From Nannocystales bacterium (GTDB taxonomy: Bacteria; Myxococcota_A; Polyangia; Nannocystales; Nannocystaceae): 64,000 nt of DNA. Shown here in pieces: positions 11,908-21,841 of this stretch. Each line of letters opens with the position of its first letter. Position 1 is the first letter of the stretch. Where the stretch lies: the NCBI GenBank assembly GCA_050633305.1, contig JBOEGF010000019.1, forward strand, positions 128,001-192,000. Reading direction: 5' to 3'. The notes below the pieces were generated by a model that saw only the letters and a list, made by a program, of their open reading frames with translations, was not told the DNA's origin and did no database searches. Both the position numbers and the translations under genes were made by a program.

Positions 11908-13692
11908 TCACGACAGCGAGATGGCGCTGACGATAGCGTCTTCGACGTCGTGCTTGCGCAGGAACGCCTCGCGCTCGGACTTCATCTGGGTGACCCAGGT
12001 TTCGTACTCGTCCATCCGTCCCTTGGCTTCGAAGAACCGGCGCGGCTGGAGAAGTTCGACGGGAACCTTGCTCACGAGCTCTTGGTTCTCGGGCGCATCG
12101 ACATCGACGACCTCGTAGCCGAAGTCAGGGTCCTTGGTCCAAACGATCTTGCCGCCGATCAGGGCCTCGAGCATCGCCGAGCTGTGGCGGATCTTGACCT
12201 TGTGGGCCTCGCCAGCCTCGACCTCTTTGGTGCTGCCACCGATGTAGCCGGTGTTCATCAGCCACATCGTCGTCTCGCCGAACGAACGGGCCAGCTCGGA
12301 GAAGCGCTTGGCCTGAAGGCTGTGTGAGAGCGGGAAGAAGGGCTGGGTGAACGGCGAGCGCGTCCGACCGCGGTCCTTGCCCGCCGCGGAAGTCTTGCTG
12401 GTCTCACCGAGCATGAAGTAGGCGGCGGCCTGGTGCGGGTCGGAGAAGCGCACGATCCCCGGCGTTGCGGCGTCGGAGCCTTCGTCCCGGTTGAGGATGC
12501 CCAGCGAGTGCATGTTGGGCACGTTGTGCAGGTCGGCCGCGTTCTCGATGGCGCTCATCGGAATGATGCTGCGGCCGTTCTGGCTCCACACGACGAAGTC
12601 CCAGCCGTCTTGCGGAATGCCGCCTTCGACCACGTCCGCCGAGGTGACTTCACCGCTGATGTACTTGTCGACGTTGGCCTCTGGAGCGCCGGTCCCAATG
12701 AGGACATCGCGCAGCCGTTTGACGTCGTCAGCGGAGAGCACCGCCTTGAAGAAGTCGGGTTGCCCCGCATCGTCGATGTGGACGTTCTCGAGCCAGGCGG
12801 TCTCGTGCACGGTGCCGCGGTAGATGACCGGCTCGTTTGCCTCCTTGAGGCCTTCGGTCTTCGCGAAACAGCCGTTCTCGGTGATCGAGATCTCGCCGTT
12901 GTTCCAGATGGCGATCATGTCGTCCTGGATCGGCTCGACCATCTCCCCTTGCTTGGAGAACGTGGTGGTGGTCTTTCCGGTGCCCGAAAGCCCGAGGATC
13001 GACATGGTGAGCGCGCCGCCGTCCTTGGTGTGAACCGCCTTGGCGCCGGAGTGCATCAGCAAGCCGCCGTTGCGGTAGATGAGCGCGGCGGACATCCGCA
13101 GTGCGCCCTTCTTGGACTCGCCGAAGTAGTCGGGGCCCATGATGTACGTGACGTAGTTGTCCAGGTCGACGATGATCGCCTGGCCGCCCGGCATGTCGGG
13201 ATGGTGGTCCGGGGTGTAGACCAACCGGAATGCGGGCTGGAACTCTTCGGCTTGCTTTTCGGGCGTCTCGACCGCGGAGCGGGGGAAGGAGAGCACCTGC
13301 TGCATGCCTGCGATGTTGGCCGCCTCGAGTGTGTACAGCCACTGCACCGGGAGCGCACGAGGACCAACGCCAACGTACGCGTCGATGCGAATGAGCTTGC
13401 CCTTACTCTTGATGTACTCCGTCTGCTTCTCGATCAGGGCCTCGGCCTTGGCCGGCTCGATCGTGTTGTGGGAGTAAGCGCTCGCATCACCCTTGCGGTC
13501 GATGATGTACGTGAACTTGGCCATCCGCGCCTTGTTCCGAGCCACCTTGTTGATGTTGCCCAGGGCGGTCTTGGTGCAGAACGGCGTGTGCTCGAGGGCG
13601 AGCTCGCGCAGCTGCTTCTGCTCCGGGTTGGCAAGGATTTCGACGTCGAAAGGGATCGCCGGTTGGGTCGGCAGGTCGATGCTCGCAGACAT
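11908..13692 (-). CDS. pckA: Phosphoenolpyruvate carboxykinase (ATP), divergent type
   Basis: YFGESKKG, HSGAK, GLSGTGKTT P-loop, QDD, ENGCFAK, WLENV, NGRS, WLMNTG. Start taken as ATG 13692. Confidence 0.85.
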   Translation of the reverse strand: MSASIDLPTQPAIPFDVEILANPEQKQLRELALEHTPFCTKTALGNINKVARNKARMAKFTYIIDRKGDASAYSHNTIEPAKAEALIEKQTEYIKSKGKLIRIDAYVGVGPRALPVQWLYTLEAANIAGMQQVLSFPRSAVETPEKQAEEFQPAFRLVYTPDHHPDMPGGQAIIVDLDNYVTYIMGPDYFGESKKGALRMSAALIYRNGGLLMHSGAKAVHTKDGGALTMSILGLSGTGKTTTTFSKQGEMVEPIQDDMIAIWNNGEISITENGCFAKTEGLKEANEPVIYRGTVHETAWLENVHIDDAGQPDFFKAVLSADDVKRLRDVLIGTGAPEANVDKYISGEVTSADVVEGGIPQDGWDFVVWSQNGRSIIPMSAIENAADLHNVPNMHSLGILNRDEGSDAATPGIVRFSDPHQAAAYFMLGETSKTSAAGKDRGRTRSPFTQPFFPLSHSLQAKRFSELARSFGETTMWLMNTGYIGGSTKEVEAGEAHKVKIRHSSAMLEALIGGKIVWTKDPDFGYEVVDVDAPENQELVSKVPVELLQPRRFFEAKGRMDEYETWVTQMKSEREAFLRKHDVEDAIVSAISLS

Positions 13693-13864
13693 GTTGTTTG
13701 GTCCGTTCCCGTAGAGAAGAAGGACCTGGTTGGTATCACGGCGACCGGCAGCGTTTCCATAGCGGCCCGGTTGCATCGGCCGAAGCGACCCAGAGTGAGA
13801 CGCTTTCGGCCAACGCGGTGCCTGCGCTGCCCGCGAAAGTGAGCAACGTCAATTTGAACGTGTC

Positions 13865-16800
13865 TCAGCGCGTCCAGAAGACCTTGGCGGCCCGCGTCGT
13901 CCCGGCCGGAACGGACAGAGCGACCGTTCTGCGCCCGTGCGGCGTGACGAGCTGCAGGTTCGCTGCGATCGGGGGAGCAACGCTTTGCACACCATCGACC
14001 CGCCTTCGGGAGACCTCGACGAAGACCGACCCGCGGACCTTGGACAGATCCAGTTCCTCGCGGCCCGGGCTCTCCAGAGTTCGTGCGGATCCGCGGTCAT
14101 GGAGTGTGGAGATCCTCCGACCGCGCCGATCGATGATCGCGACGTCGAGGTCGTCGCGGCCGGTCCAGGTCAAGGCGGCGCGAAGTTGGCCACGCCGGCT
14201 CAGCTTAGGGGCAGCCGCGATGACTGCCTTGTCGAGCTGTGCTGTGAAGGCACCGATGTTGCCGCGCGTGATGATGGTGCTCTTGATGGCCGCAGCCCTG
14301 GTGTCCGCGGCTTCGGTGGCTCGCCCTGCACGCTGAAGGCATGCGATGAGCCCGGCGTGGTGTTGCACGGTGGGCTTGATGCTCACGAGAGCCCGTCGGT
14401 GTGAGCACGAACGCGGCATGTCGCCCTCGTTCTCGAAGGCACGGGCGAGCGACTCGTGTTCTCGCGAGGAGAACGGTCGCACTTCGACGACGCTCTCATA
14501 GGCACGCAGCGCGATGGGGTCTCCCTCGCGTGCCAGTGCATCGGCCAGGGTTTCGAGGGCGCCCGCGTGGTCTGGGTCGACATCGGCCCACGCTCGCGCA
14601 AATGCCAGCGTCTCCGGGTGACCGACTGCGAGCGCGGTTCTGACCAGCTTGCTGTGGGTCGCGCGGTCGGTCGGGTTTGCTGCGACGGCGGTGGCGAGGG
14701 CCTGGACACGACCGGTGTCGCGGCTACGAGCAGTGGGGAACTCTCGGATTGCGAGATGCGGAGGTCGCCGTCGGCCCCAACCACTCCGGGACTTCCTCTT
14801 GCGCGACTTGGGCGGCTGCTCTCGATTCCACGGGTCCAAGTTGTCCGTCGGCTTGTTTTCTCCCTTTTTCCAACCGCCCTGCTCCTGTGATGGTTTCTTC
14901 TTGGGCTTCGCGGTTCGTCGCTCGTCCATGGGTGGCACGGACGCGGGGGCAGCCCGCGAGGGCCGCGCGGTCGAGCCTGACGCCTTTCCGCCGGCACCGT
15001 GACCGGCTCCATCGATCAGGCCGCCAAAGCTCTGGCCAGCGTCGGTGTCCTCATCCTCGGTCACCACGTCGTCGAGGTGGACGCGGCCTGCCCCGGACGC
15101 CGGTTTGGGGTCTGGCTCTGGCTCTGCCTCCGGCTCCGGTTGGTCCTTGTAGAAGTCTCGGTCCGGCGTCTCGAACGCTTCGCTGCCGTCGGTCGCCGCC
15201 GCAGGGGGCAACGTTGGGGTGTCCGTCGGTCCGGCGGAAGGACGGTCTTTGCCGTTTTCCAACCTGTTCCGCTGAGCCGCCACGCCGCTGGGCGCAGTGT
15301 CGTTCTTCAACTTGTCGATGCTGGCCGTGTTGGGTCGCTCTTCCTCCGCTTCGGCGGTCTCGGTGATGCGCCCTTCGACCGTCGGGGCTTCTTTGGTCCC
15401 GCCTCCCAGCTTCCCGTCCCACTTCGCCGTGTTCGTGGCGCTCCGCACCACGTTGAACTCGCGGAACATCGCGTCGTTCTCGAGCACCAGCAACGCGGTA
15501 TGTCGAGACAGGACGGTGTAGTCCTTGGACAGGGCGATGATGTCATCTTTGGCCCGGAAGCCTTCGGTCTTCGTCAGATGCTGAATCTGCATCTTCGCCC
15601 ACGTTCGAGGGAGGTGTGCATCGACCGTGTTGGTGCTCGTCTGCGAGGCGGAGAGTTGGACCGGGAACGTGCTCGACACCGGGCCATTGGGCCCGTCGCC
15701 GCGGAGGACGATGTTGCCCGCGACCCGATGGTGGAGCTTTCCGGTCACCACGACCGTGTCTCCTGGGCGAACCGCAGACACATTGTTCATGCGGGCCATG
15801 ACCATGCCGTCTGGGAGGTCGAGCGATGCGTTGCGCAGGGCCGGGACCTCGGCTCGAAGTCGTAACTCGCGGACCATCGCGCGCAGGTCATCGCGGGCGT
15901 CGGCCTGCACGAGGTCGCCACCGGTCACGTCGACAACGGCTTGCAGCGCGGTCAGGTCGCTACGGGATCCCAGCGCGACGGCGAGCACCCGCGTGTTGGC
16001 CATCGGAGCTCGAAGCAGGTCGGTGATGCCGTCAGGGGCCATCTCCCCCGAGGTCGGGACGCCGTCGCCGAGATACACCACGACGTGTTGTGCCGAGGTG
16101 CCACTTCGAACCAGCACGTCGGCAGCCTGTTGGAGTGAGCCAGCAAGATCGCTGGCCCCCGCGAGGTCCTGGGTGTCGAGGAATTGCTGGGCGCGGCTGA
16201 CCGCCTCATTGCTCGGTGCTTGAAGGCCGTCCTGTTGCTCTTCGCACGCGCTGTCGCATGCCAGGACGGTGAACCGGTCGTCCTCGTCCATCAGCTCGGT
16301 CATCGCGTCGACGACTCCCCGTGCGGTCGTCCACAGCTCGGGTGAGGTGCTGTGGCTCCGGTCGAGCACGAACGCGTAGTGGACGGGGCGCTCATCGATC
16401 CCCATCTCGAACTGGGGCTCCATCGCGACCATGAAGTAGGCCTGCCCGTCCTGGTCGAGGAATGTCCGACTGTGCACGGGTCGCTCCGCCTCGGGCACGG
16501 GGACGTCGAGGCCGAGGTCATAGGTCGGCAGGAAAGCTTCGCGCTCGGTGTGCAACTCGATGACGTCGCCCCGGTCGCGTCGCTCCAACGCCAACATCGG
16601 TGTGGTGATGTCGTCGAGCTGCTCGCTGGGGATCTCCGAACCATCGAGTCGAACGGTGAACGCGAAGTTGTCGATGGGGGTGCCGGTCGCTCCTGACCCT
16701 CCCAGCGGGTACCGATAGCGGAGCTTGCCCCCGACGATGGGAAGAACCTGCGTATAGGAGAGCTTCACGCGACGCTCGCCGCGGCCGGGAATCGGGAAGA

Positions 16801-17848
16801 TGCGAAGCTTGAACACGTTGCCGCGCTCCCACTCGAGCAGGGCGGGGTCGCGCGGGACGGTGGCGTCGACGATCTGCTGGAAGATCCGTCGTGCCCGCTG
16901 CTTTTCGACCACCTCGCCGTCCATCCACGTGTTGCCGACGAGCAGCGAGAGTCCGGAGATCGAGCCATCCTCGGGAATGGGGAACCGGTAGATGCCTTCG
17001 AGGACGCTGGGCTGGTCGTTGAAGAACGCTTGCTCGACCTCGGTGTGGGCGACGCGCCCGGAGATGCTCACGGTGACCCGGTGATCGGTCAGCCGCATCG
17101 CTTGTCGTTCGTTCTGGCTTCCCGCCCGACGGGCGGTGAGGCTGCCGACACCACGAGGCACCGCGTCGGCCATCGAAGCGGCCGCGTCGAATGTCCGAGC
17201 CCAGCCTGTATCGGTCAGCGGAGAAAGGCTGCGGACGGGCTTGGGGGGCTCGGCTTGGGCGAGCTTGGGCAGGGGGGTCTCGATGGTGTCGCCTGCGTTG
17301 AGCGAGACCGTGCGGTCACCGGAGGCCAACGACGCGTGTCCGTGGAGCACGGCAAAGCGGTGGGTGTCGCCTTCCGCTCGGACTTGAACCTCGCCCGTTT
17401 CGAGGGTCAGTGTGTCGTCCCCGGTGCGAACGACGACGTCGCCAGTATCCTTCGTGGTCGTGGCGACGAGCTCTCCCCGGTCGAGGCTAACCGCGCCGGG
17501 GTGATCTCCCCCCGGGAGAGAGAGGCGCGTGTCTTCGTTCATGTAGAGGTGGCCGCCTTGGTCGAGTTCGAGCTCGGCCAACGTGCCCTTGGCCGTCTTC
17601 AGCCCGACGCCGGCCTCAAAGCGGCCCCCAGCCCCAACGAAGGTGCCCGCAGCAAGGTCGGGAGATGTGATGCCGCCGGGACCAGAGATCGACGTGACCT
17701 TGGCGCCCGACCCCCCGCCCTTGGGGTCCTCCGAGGCCGAATTCTCGGTTTGGGGGTTGGTCGGAGCATCACTGCTCTGCTCGCAGGCCGACAGACCGAG
17801 CACTGCTCCTGCGAGCAGGGGGAGAACATTCGAGGCAACAGCACGCAT
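13865..17848 (-). CDS. Large lipoprotein: FecR-like, VIT, vWA, low-complexity and TPR regions
   Basis: LSAC lipobox; VIT motifs (AHTEVEQAFFN, LEGIYRFPIP, RDPALLEW, RIFPIP); vWA MIDAS (FVLDRSHS, YLGDG); LSRHTALLVLE. Confidence 0.85.
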   Translation of the reverse strand: MRAVASNVLPLLAGAVLGLSACEQSSDAPTNPQTENSASEDPKGGGSGAKVTSISGPGGITSPDLAAGTFVGAGGRFEAGVGLKTAKGTLAELELDQGGHLYMNEDTRLSLPGGDHPGAVSLDRGELVATTTKDTGDVVVRTGDDTLTLETGEVQVRAEGDTHRFAVLHGHASLASGDRTVSLNAGDTIETPLPKLAQAEPPKPVRSLSPLTDTGWARTFDAAASMADAVPRGVGSLTARRAGSQNERQAMRLTDHRVTVSISGRVAHTEVEQAFFNDQPSVLEGIYRFPIPEDGSISGLSLLVGNTWMDGEVVEKQRARRIFQQIVDATVPRDPALLEWERGNVFKLRIFPIPGRGERRVKLSYTQVLPIVGGKLRYRYPLGGSGATGTPIDNFAFTVRLDGSEIPSEQLDDITTPMLALERRDRGDVIELHTEREAFLPTYDLGLDVPVPEAERPVHSRTFLDQDGQAYFMVAMEPQFEMGIDERPVHYAFVLDRSHSTSPELWTTARGVVDAMTELMDEDDRFTVLACDSACEEQQDGLQAPSNEAVSRAQQFLDTQDLAGASDLAGSLQQAADVLVRSGTSAQHVVVYLGDGVPTSGEMAPDGITDLLRAPMANTRVLAVALGSRSDLTALQAVVDVTGGDLVQADARDDLRAMVRELRLRAEVPALRNASLDLPDGMVMARMNNVSAVRPGDTVVVTGKLHHRVAGNIVLRGDGPNGPVSSTFPVQLSASQTSTNTVDAHLPRTWAKMQIQHLTKTEGFRAKDDIIALSKDYTVLSRHTALLVLENDAMFREFNVVRSATNTAKWDGKLGGGTKEAPTVEGRITETAEAEEERPNTASIDKLKNDTAPSGVAAQRNRLENGKDRPSAGPTDTPTLPPAAATDGSEAFETPDRDFYKDQPEPEAEPEPDPKPASGAGRVHLDDVVTEDEDTDAGQSFGGLIDGAGHGAGGKASGSTARPSRAAPASVPPMDERRTAKPKKKPSQEQGGWKKGENKPTDNLDPWNREQPPKSRKRKSRSGWGRRRPPHLAIREFPTARSRDTGRVQALATAVAANPTDRATHSKLVRTALAVGHPETLAFARAWADVDPDHAGALETLADALAREGDPIALRAYESVVEVRPFSSREHESLARAFENEGDMPRSCSHRRALVSIKPTVQHHAGLIACLQRAGRATEAADTRAAAIKSTIITRGNIGAFTAQLDKAVIAAAPKLSRRGQLRAALTWTGRDDLDVAIIDRRGRRISTLHDRGSARTLESPGREELDLSKVRGSVFVEVSRRRVDGVQSVAPPIAANLQLVTPHGRRTVALSVPAGTTRAAKVFWTR

Positions 17849-18012
17849 CAGGACACCGGGGGGTCCCCAACGCGTGTCCCCGCCCGATGGGTCTATCCGC
17901 GACTCGCGAAAACCGGGGAGGCGCTCTCCACGGTGGGGCGGCCAGTGCAGCGAGGTTCGCGCAGGTGTTCAGCGATGACAAGTCCGCTCAACCGCAATAA
18001 CCTGCTTGGCGC

Positions 18013-18843
18013 ATGTCTGCCGCGCGGGAGACGTTTCTCGCTCACGTACGTACGCCCGACCTCGATGCCGAGGTCCATGGCTTACGGCTGTCTCTCACGA
18101 ACATGAAGCGTGAGGCACTTGAGCAAGTTGCCCGAATGGATGAACAGCGGGCGGCGCTGGTCATGCCAGGGCTCTACGAGCAGCTGGTTCAGACCACGAC
18201 CCAGCTTGCCGGCCACACAGGCCTGGCGATCGGGATTTGTCTCTCGGTGCTCGACGAACACAACTCCGGGGCGTCGCTCTCTCGGTTTGATCGCGAACTT
18301 CGCGAGCAGATGAGTGAGATCAGCCTCGAGATGGGCGAGCGGCACGGCAGCCGGCTCGCCAAGATGGTGGCTGAGGTCGAGGCCCAGCGGCTCATCTGGC
18401 GGCACAGTCACGAGTTCATGTCGTGGCTTGCGTTCCGCCGGGGCGACGATCGCTACCCCGCCAAGGACCGGCTCGAACGTCTTGGCGCGTTTGGTCTGCA
18501 ACAACGGTTGCTCGAGGCTCGGGGCAAGGTCATCGAGCGGGTCGGCATTGGCCTCTCGGCGGCGGTCGAGGGATCGGACCGGTTCCTGCTCGGCAATCGC
18601 TGGCGTCTGTCGGACGGACCCGAGCACGCGCTCGAGCGATACGTCTGGCCGTTGCTCTCCTATCTGCCCCCAAGCGCGGTGAAGATCGAGCGGATGCGAT
18701 GGGAGTACGACGCGATGGCGGAAGGCGACGCCGAGGAGGCCCGACTCGAAGGCGAGCGCGCCAAGCTCTCCGGGTTGCTCGAGGCCCAACTTGCCCAATC
18801 CTTGCGGACGTTGCCCGAGGGCGCGAACGCAGGCGAACTCTGA
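18013..18843 (+). CDS. Hypothetical alpha-helical protein
   Basis: 276-aa ORF with normal protein composition, 12 nt upstream of the kinase-like gene. No family recognised. Confidence 0.7.
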   Translation: MSAARETFLAHVRTPDLDAEVHGLRLSLTNMKREALEQVARMDEQRAALVMPGLYEQLVQTTTQLAGHTGLAIGICLSVLDEHNSGASLSRFDRELREQMSEISLEMGERHGSRLAKMVAEVEAQRLIWRHSHEFMSWLAFRRGDDRYPAKDRLERLGAFGLQQRLLEARGKVIERVGIGLSAAVEGSDRFLLGNRWRLSDGPEHALERYVWPLLSYLPPSAVKIERMRWEYDAMAEGDAEEARLEGERAKLSGLLEAQLAQSLRTLPEGANAGEL

Positions 18844-18855
18844 GGGCCTTGAGCT

Positions 18856-20025
18856 ATGCATCCCGACCCGCTTGGCCTCATCGGCGCCACCATGGGCGCG
18901 CGCTATGACGTGCTCACGTGCCTGGCGGTCCATGGCGCACGGGTCATCTACAAGGCCCAGCATCGCGAGTGGGGCCGACCGGTCCGACTCGAGGCGTTTG
19001 CCGGGGGGGCCGAGCAGCAACGCAAGGCATTCGTCGATGCTGGCGGAGCGATCGCCGAACTCGGTACGCGTTTCTCAGCGATCGCGCAGGTTCGTGACGG
19101 TGGGGTTCATGCAGGCCCCGGCGGGCCGGTGGCGTTTGTCGTCAGCGAGTGGGTCGATGGTCCGCCGTTGGCCGATGCGATCGTCAGCAGCGGGCGCACT
19201 CGGTTCGCGCCTGAGCAAGTGCTCGAGTGGATGGACCCCGTGCTCGATGCTGTTGTGGCCGCGCACCGCGAAGGGGTTGTGCATGGGCACTTCGATCCCG
19301 ACGCGTTTTGGGTGATGGGCACGCTCGGTCCGCGGGCGAGCTTCAAGATCGATGGCCTCGTCGAAGGCGCGTGGCGGCCCAAGCTCCAAGCAGGATCGAT
19401 GCCCAGCCGGGTGCCATCCACGGGCTTCGCCGCACCGGAGCTCGCCTCGGGCGACACGACGCTGCTGGGTCCCTGGACCGACGTCTATGGCCTCGCTGCG
19501 GTAATGTCCGTGCTGCTGTGTGGGTCGAGCAGCGCGGCCATGCGGGATCGGGCGCTTCCCCCCGGGGTCAAGTACGCCTTCGACAAAGCCCTCAACCCGC
19601 GCATCGATGCTCGGTTCAAGACGCTCGCTGCATTCCGGGCGACGATGATGGAGGGGATGGCGCAGACCCTCGAGGGGAAGTCCCGTCCGAACCCGCGTCG
19701 CACGATGGTTGTCGCCGACGTGGAGTCTCAGATGGCCGAAGGGTCCGCCGGAGGCTTCGAGGTCAGCGACGACGACGGCCAGGTCGAGGTGCCAAGGCCG
19801 TCTCGCAGCAAGGCCCGGGTCCGTCTCGCGTACACCCAGCCGGCCATGTCGGTTCCCGACGCGATCGCCAACCTCGACGCTCAGCGACCGCCGCTGCCTC
19901 CCACGGGACCTCAGCCGGTCGCGCCACCCAAGAAGTCGTCGGGCAACTTCGTCGCTCTACTCGCGGTGCTCCTGGTGGTCGCGGTGGGCGGCGGCGTGAT
20001 CGTCGGCTACATGCTGTTCCGCTAG
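18856..20025 (+). CDS. Ser/Thr protein kinase-like membrane protein (probable pseudokinase)
   Basis: Kinase-fold remnants (AHREGVVHGHFDP, FAAPE, WTDVYGLA) with degenerate catalytic motifs; C-terminal TM helix. Confidence 0.75.
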   Translation: MHPDPLGLIGATMGARYDVLTCLAVHGARVIYKAQHREWGRPVRLEAFAGGAEQQRKAFVDAGGAIAELGTRFSAIAQVRDGGVHAGPGGPVAFVVSEWVDGPPLADAIVSSGRTRFAPEQVLEWMDPVLDAVVAAHREGVVHGHFDPDAFWVMGTLGPRASFKIDGLVEGAWRPKLQAGSMPSRVPSTGFAAPELASGDTTLLGPWTDVYGLAAVMSVLLCGSSSAAMRDRALPPGVKYAFDKALNPRIDARFKTLAAFRATMMEGMAQTLEGKSRPNPRRTMVVADVESQMAEGSAGGFEVSDDDGQVEVPRPSRSKARVRLAYTQPAMSVPDAIANLDAQRPPLPPTGPQPVAPPKKSSGNFVALLAVLLVVAVGGGVIVGYMLFR

Positions 20026-20028
20026 ACG

Positions 20029-20673
20029 CTACGCGCCTGTCGTCGTGGTTCCGGTTGTATCGGTATCGGTATCGGTATCGGTGCCACTCGAAGATGAGGA
20101 TGTCGACGTGGTGTCGCCCGTTGTCGTGCTCTCGCCGGTGGTGGGCTCCGGTCCGCCCGTGGGATCGAAGCCCTCGGCGTCGAATGAGCACAGGCTCTGC
20201 ACGCCCGTGAGCGCCACGCAGTTCATACCGTCGGGGCATTGTTGGCCGTCGCTGCAGTCGAGTACGCACGCGGGTTCGCCCCCGGGCAGGACGGGAGCAC
20301 ACTGCGGCTCGGCTGCTGACCCTTCGGGCGCCGCCCAGCAGTCACACCGGTCGGTGCAAGCGAGGATGCAGGTCCCCCATGCGGGGTTGGTCGTCGAGTT
20401 CGCGAGGCACGAGGCTTCTTCGTTCCCGCAGGCTTGCGCGTTGCCGTTGATGCAGTCGCCCCACTGACCCGACAGCGGTTCCCCACATGCCGAGCCGAAG
20501 GTCTCCGGTTCTGGCTCGGGTTCCTCGGTCGTGCTCGATGTCGTGCTCACCTCGGTCGTGCCCATGGGGGACGTCGCAGAATCCGTGGCCGTCGCGGCGC
20601 TGTCCGCCGGGTCGCCGGAAGGGCAGGCGGCCAGAAGCAGCAGGCTGATCAAGGCACCGATGTTCGCTCGCAT
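20029..20673 (-). CDS. Cys-rich lipoprotein with Thr/Ser/Asp tail
   Basis: LLLLAAC lipobox, central Cys-rich domain, TDTDTDT tail. Confidence 0.7.
   Translation of the reverse strand: MRANIGALISLLLLAACPSGDPADSAATATDSATSPMGTTEVSTTSSTTEEPEPEPETFGSACGEPLSGQWGDCINGNAQACGNEEASCLANSTTNPAWGTCILACTDRCDCWAAPEGSAAEPQCAPVLPGGEPACVLDCSDGQQCPDGMNCVALTGVQSLCSFDAEGFDPTGGPEPTTGESTTTGDTTSTSSSSSGTDTDTDTDTTGTTTTGA
20057..20082. repeat. Hexanucleotide tandem repeat (gtatcg)x4, in frame
   Basis: gtatcggtatcggtatcggtatcggt, encoding Asp-Thr repeats on the minus strand. Confidence 0.8.
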
Positions 20674-20926
20674 CCAGAGTCAGGATCGCAGTCGGACCCG
20701 CACAGCGTCAAACCTCGCGCAGTTCCGATCCGGCGCGAAGCCGAGCGATGGCCGCGCTCACGAGTTTCTGTCACGTGCCGAGCGAAAAAGAGCGGAAGGT
20801 ATTCCAAGTGTCTGAAAGTAATGGGTTCTGTCGGCACGAAAAGAAAAACAAGCCCGCGATGACGGGCGGATGCGGCACCGGACACAGCACACGTGAAGGC
20901 CGACGAGGCCTGATGAGGACCTAACC

Positions 20927-21667
20927 ATGAAGCGTATCTCCACCCTTGCTCCCTTTGTGTTCGCCCTGCCACTCGCGGTCTCGTTTGCTGCCTGTGACCT
21001 CGAGAAAGAGGATGGTGCCGACACTGGCGCGGTCGTCGACGACGAGGACCTCGACGATGAAGATGCTCAGGACGATGACGGCGGTGGTGCGAGCTCGGCC
21101 GGCACCAGCGCAGACTCCGGAGAGCCCAAGGATGACGACGACTCCGACGCCGGGGTCGGGACCACCGACGGTGACAGCGATACCGACGGCGACGACGACG
21201 ACTCCGACACCGGAGTTGGAGGTGGTGAAGCCGACGGGTTCGCGATGTTGCACGGCGAGATCCCTGACATCGAAGACGACGGTGGGGCGGATACTGGGGG
21301 TTCCGGGGGCGATGGCGAGTCGGGCATCCCCGAGGACGCGCTCCTTGTCGTCCTCGATGGCGACGGCACCGCAACCTGCGAGCAGCCTTGGGACGGCCCC
21401 AACTGCGGCGGCAACTGGCGGATCAGCTTCACGCTGATGCCCGACATGCAGGCGCCCGGCTCCTATGACCTGTTCGAAGAAGCGCTCGGCTCGTTCGGGT
21501 ATGCCGACGAGCTGTACCCCGAAGGCGATTGCGCATGGGGGGGGGGCTCGTTGGGCGGGACGCTCGTGATCGATGCGATCGACGACACCTCGGTGACGGG
21601 TCACATCGAAGACTCGGACGCGTTCGACTTCGACGCCGACGTGTCGTTCGTAGCACCCCGTTGCTAA
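20927..21667 (+). CDS. Highly acidic lipoprotein
   Basis: SFAAC lipobox, D/G-rich linker, small Cys-containing C-terminal domain; gagga RBS upstream. Confidence 0.75.
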   Translation: MKRISTLAPFVFALPLAVSFAACDLEKEDGADTGAVVDDEDLDDEDAQDDDGGGASSAGTSADSGEPKDDDDSDAGVGTTDGDSDTDGDDDDSDTGVGGGEADGFAMLHGEIPDIEDDGGADTGGSGGDGESGIPEDALLVVLDGDGTATCEQPWDGPNCGGNWRISFTLMPDMQAPGSYDLFEEALGSFGYADELYPEGDCAWGGGSLGGTLVIDAIDDTSVTGHIEDSDAFDFDADVSFVAPRC

Positions 21668-21841
21668 CGCTCGTCGACGAACACTTCAGCAGTGGAGCGG
21701 ATGATGGCGAGGGCGAGTCACGGCTGCGGTGCCGGGCGCCCTCGGGGGGTAGTGAAGACCGCGGGCATCGAGCATGGCGTGGAGAGCCGTCCTCGAGCCC
21801 TCGGTCTGCCTACGCCAGGCGAAGGCGATGCAGCTGGCGGA

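Noticed and set aside
20057..20082. Phase-variation repeat
   Set aside because: The 6-bp unit is in frame in a low-complexity tail, so slippage would not switch expression.
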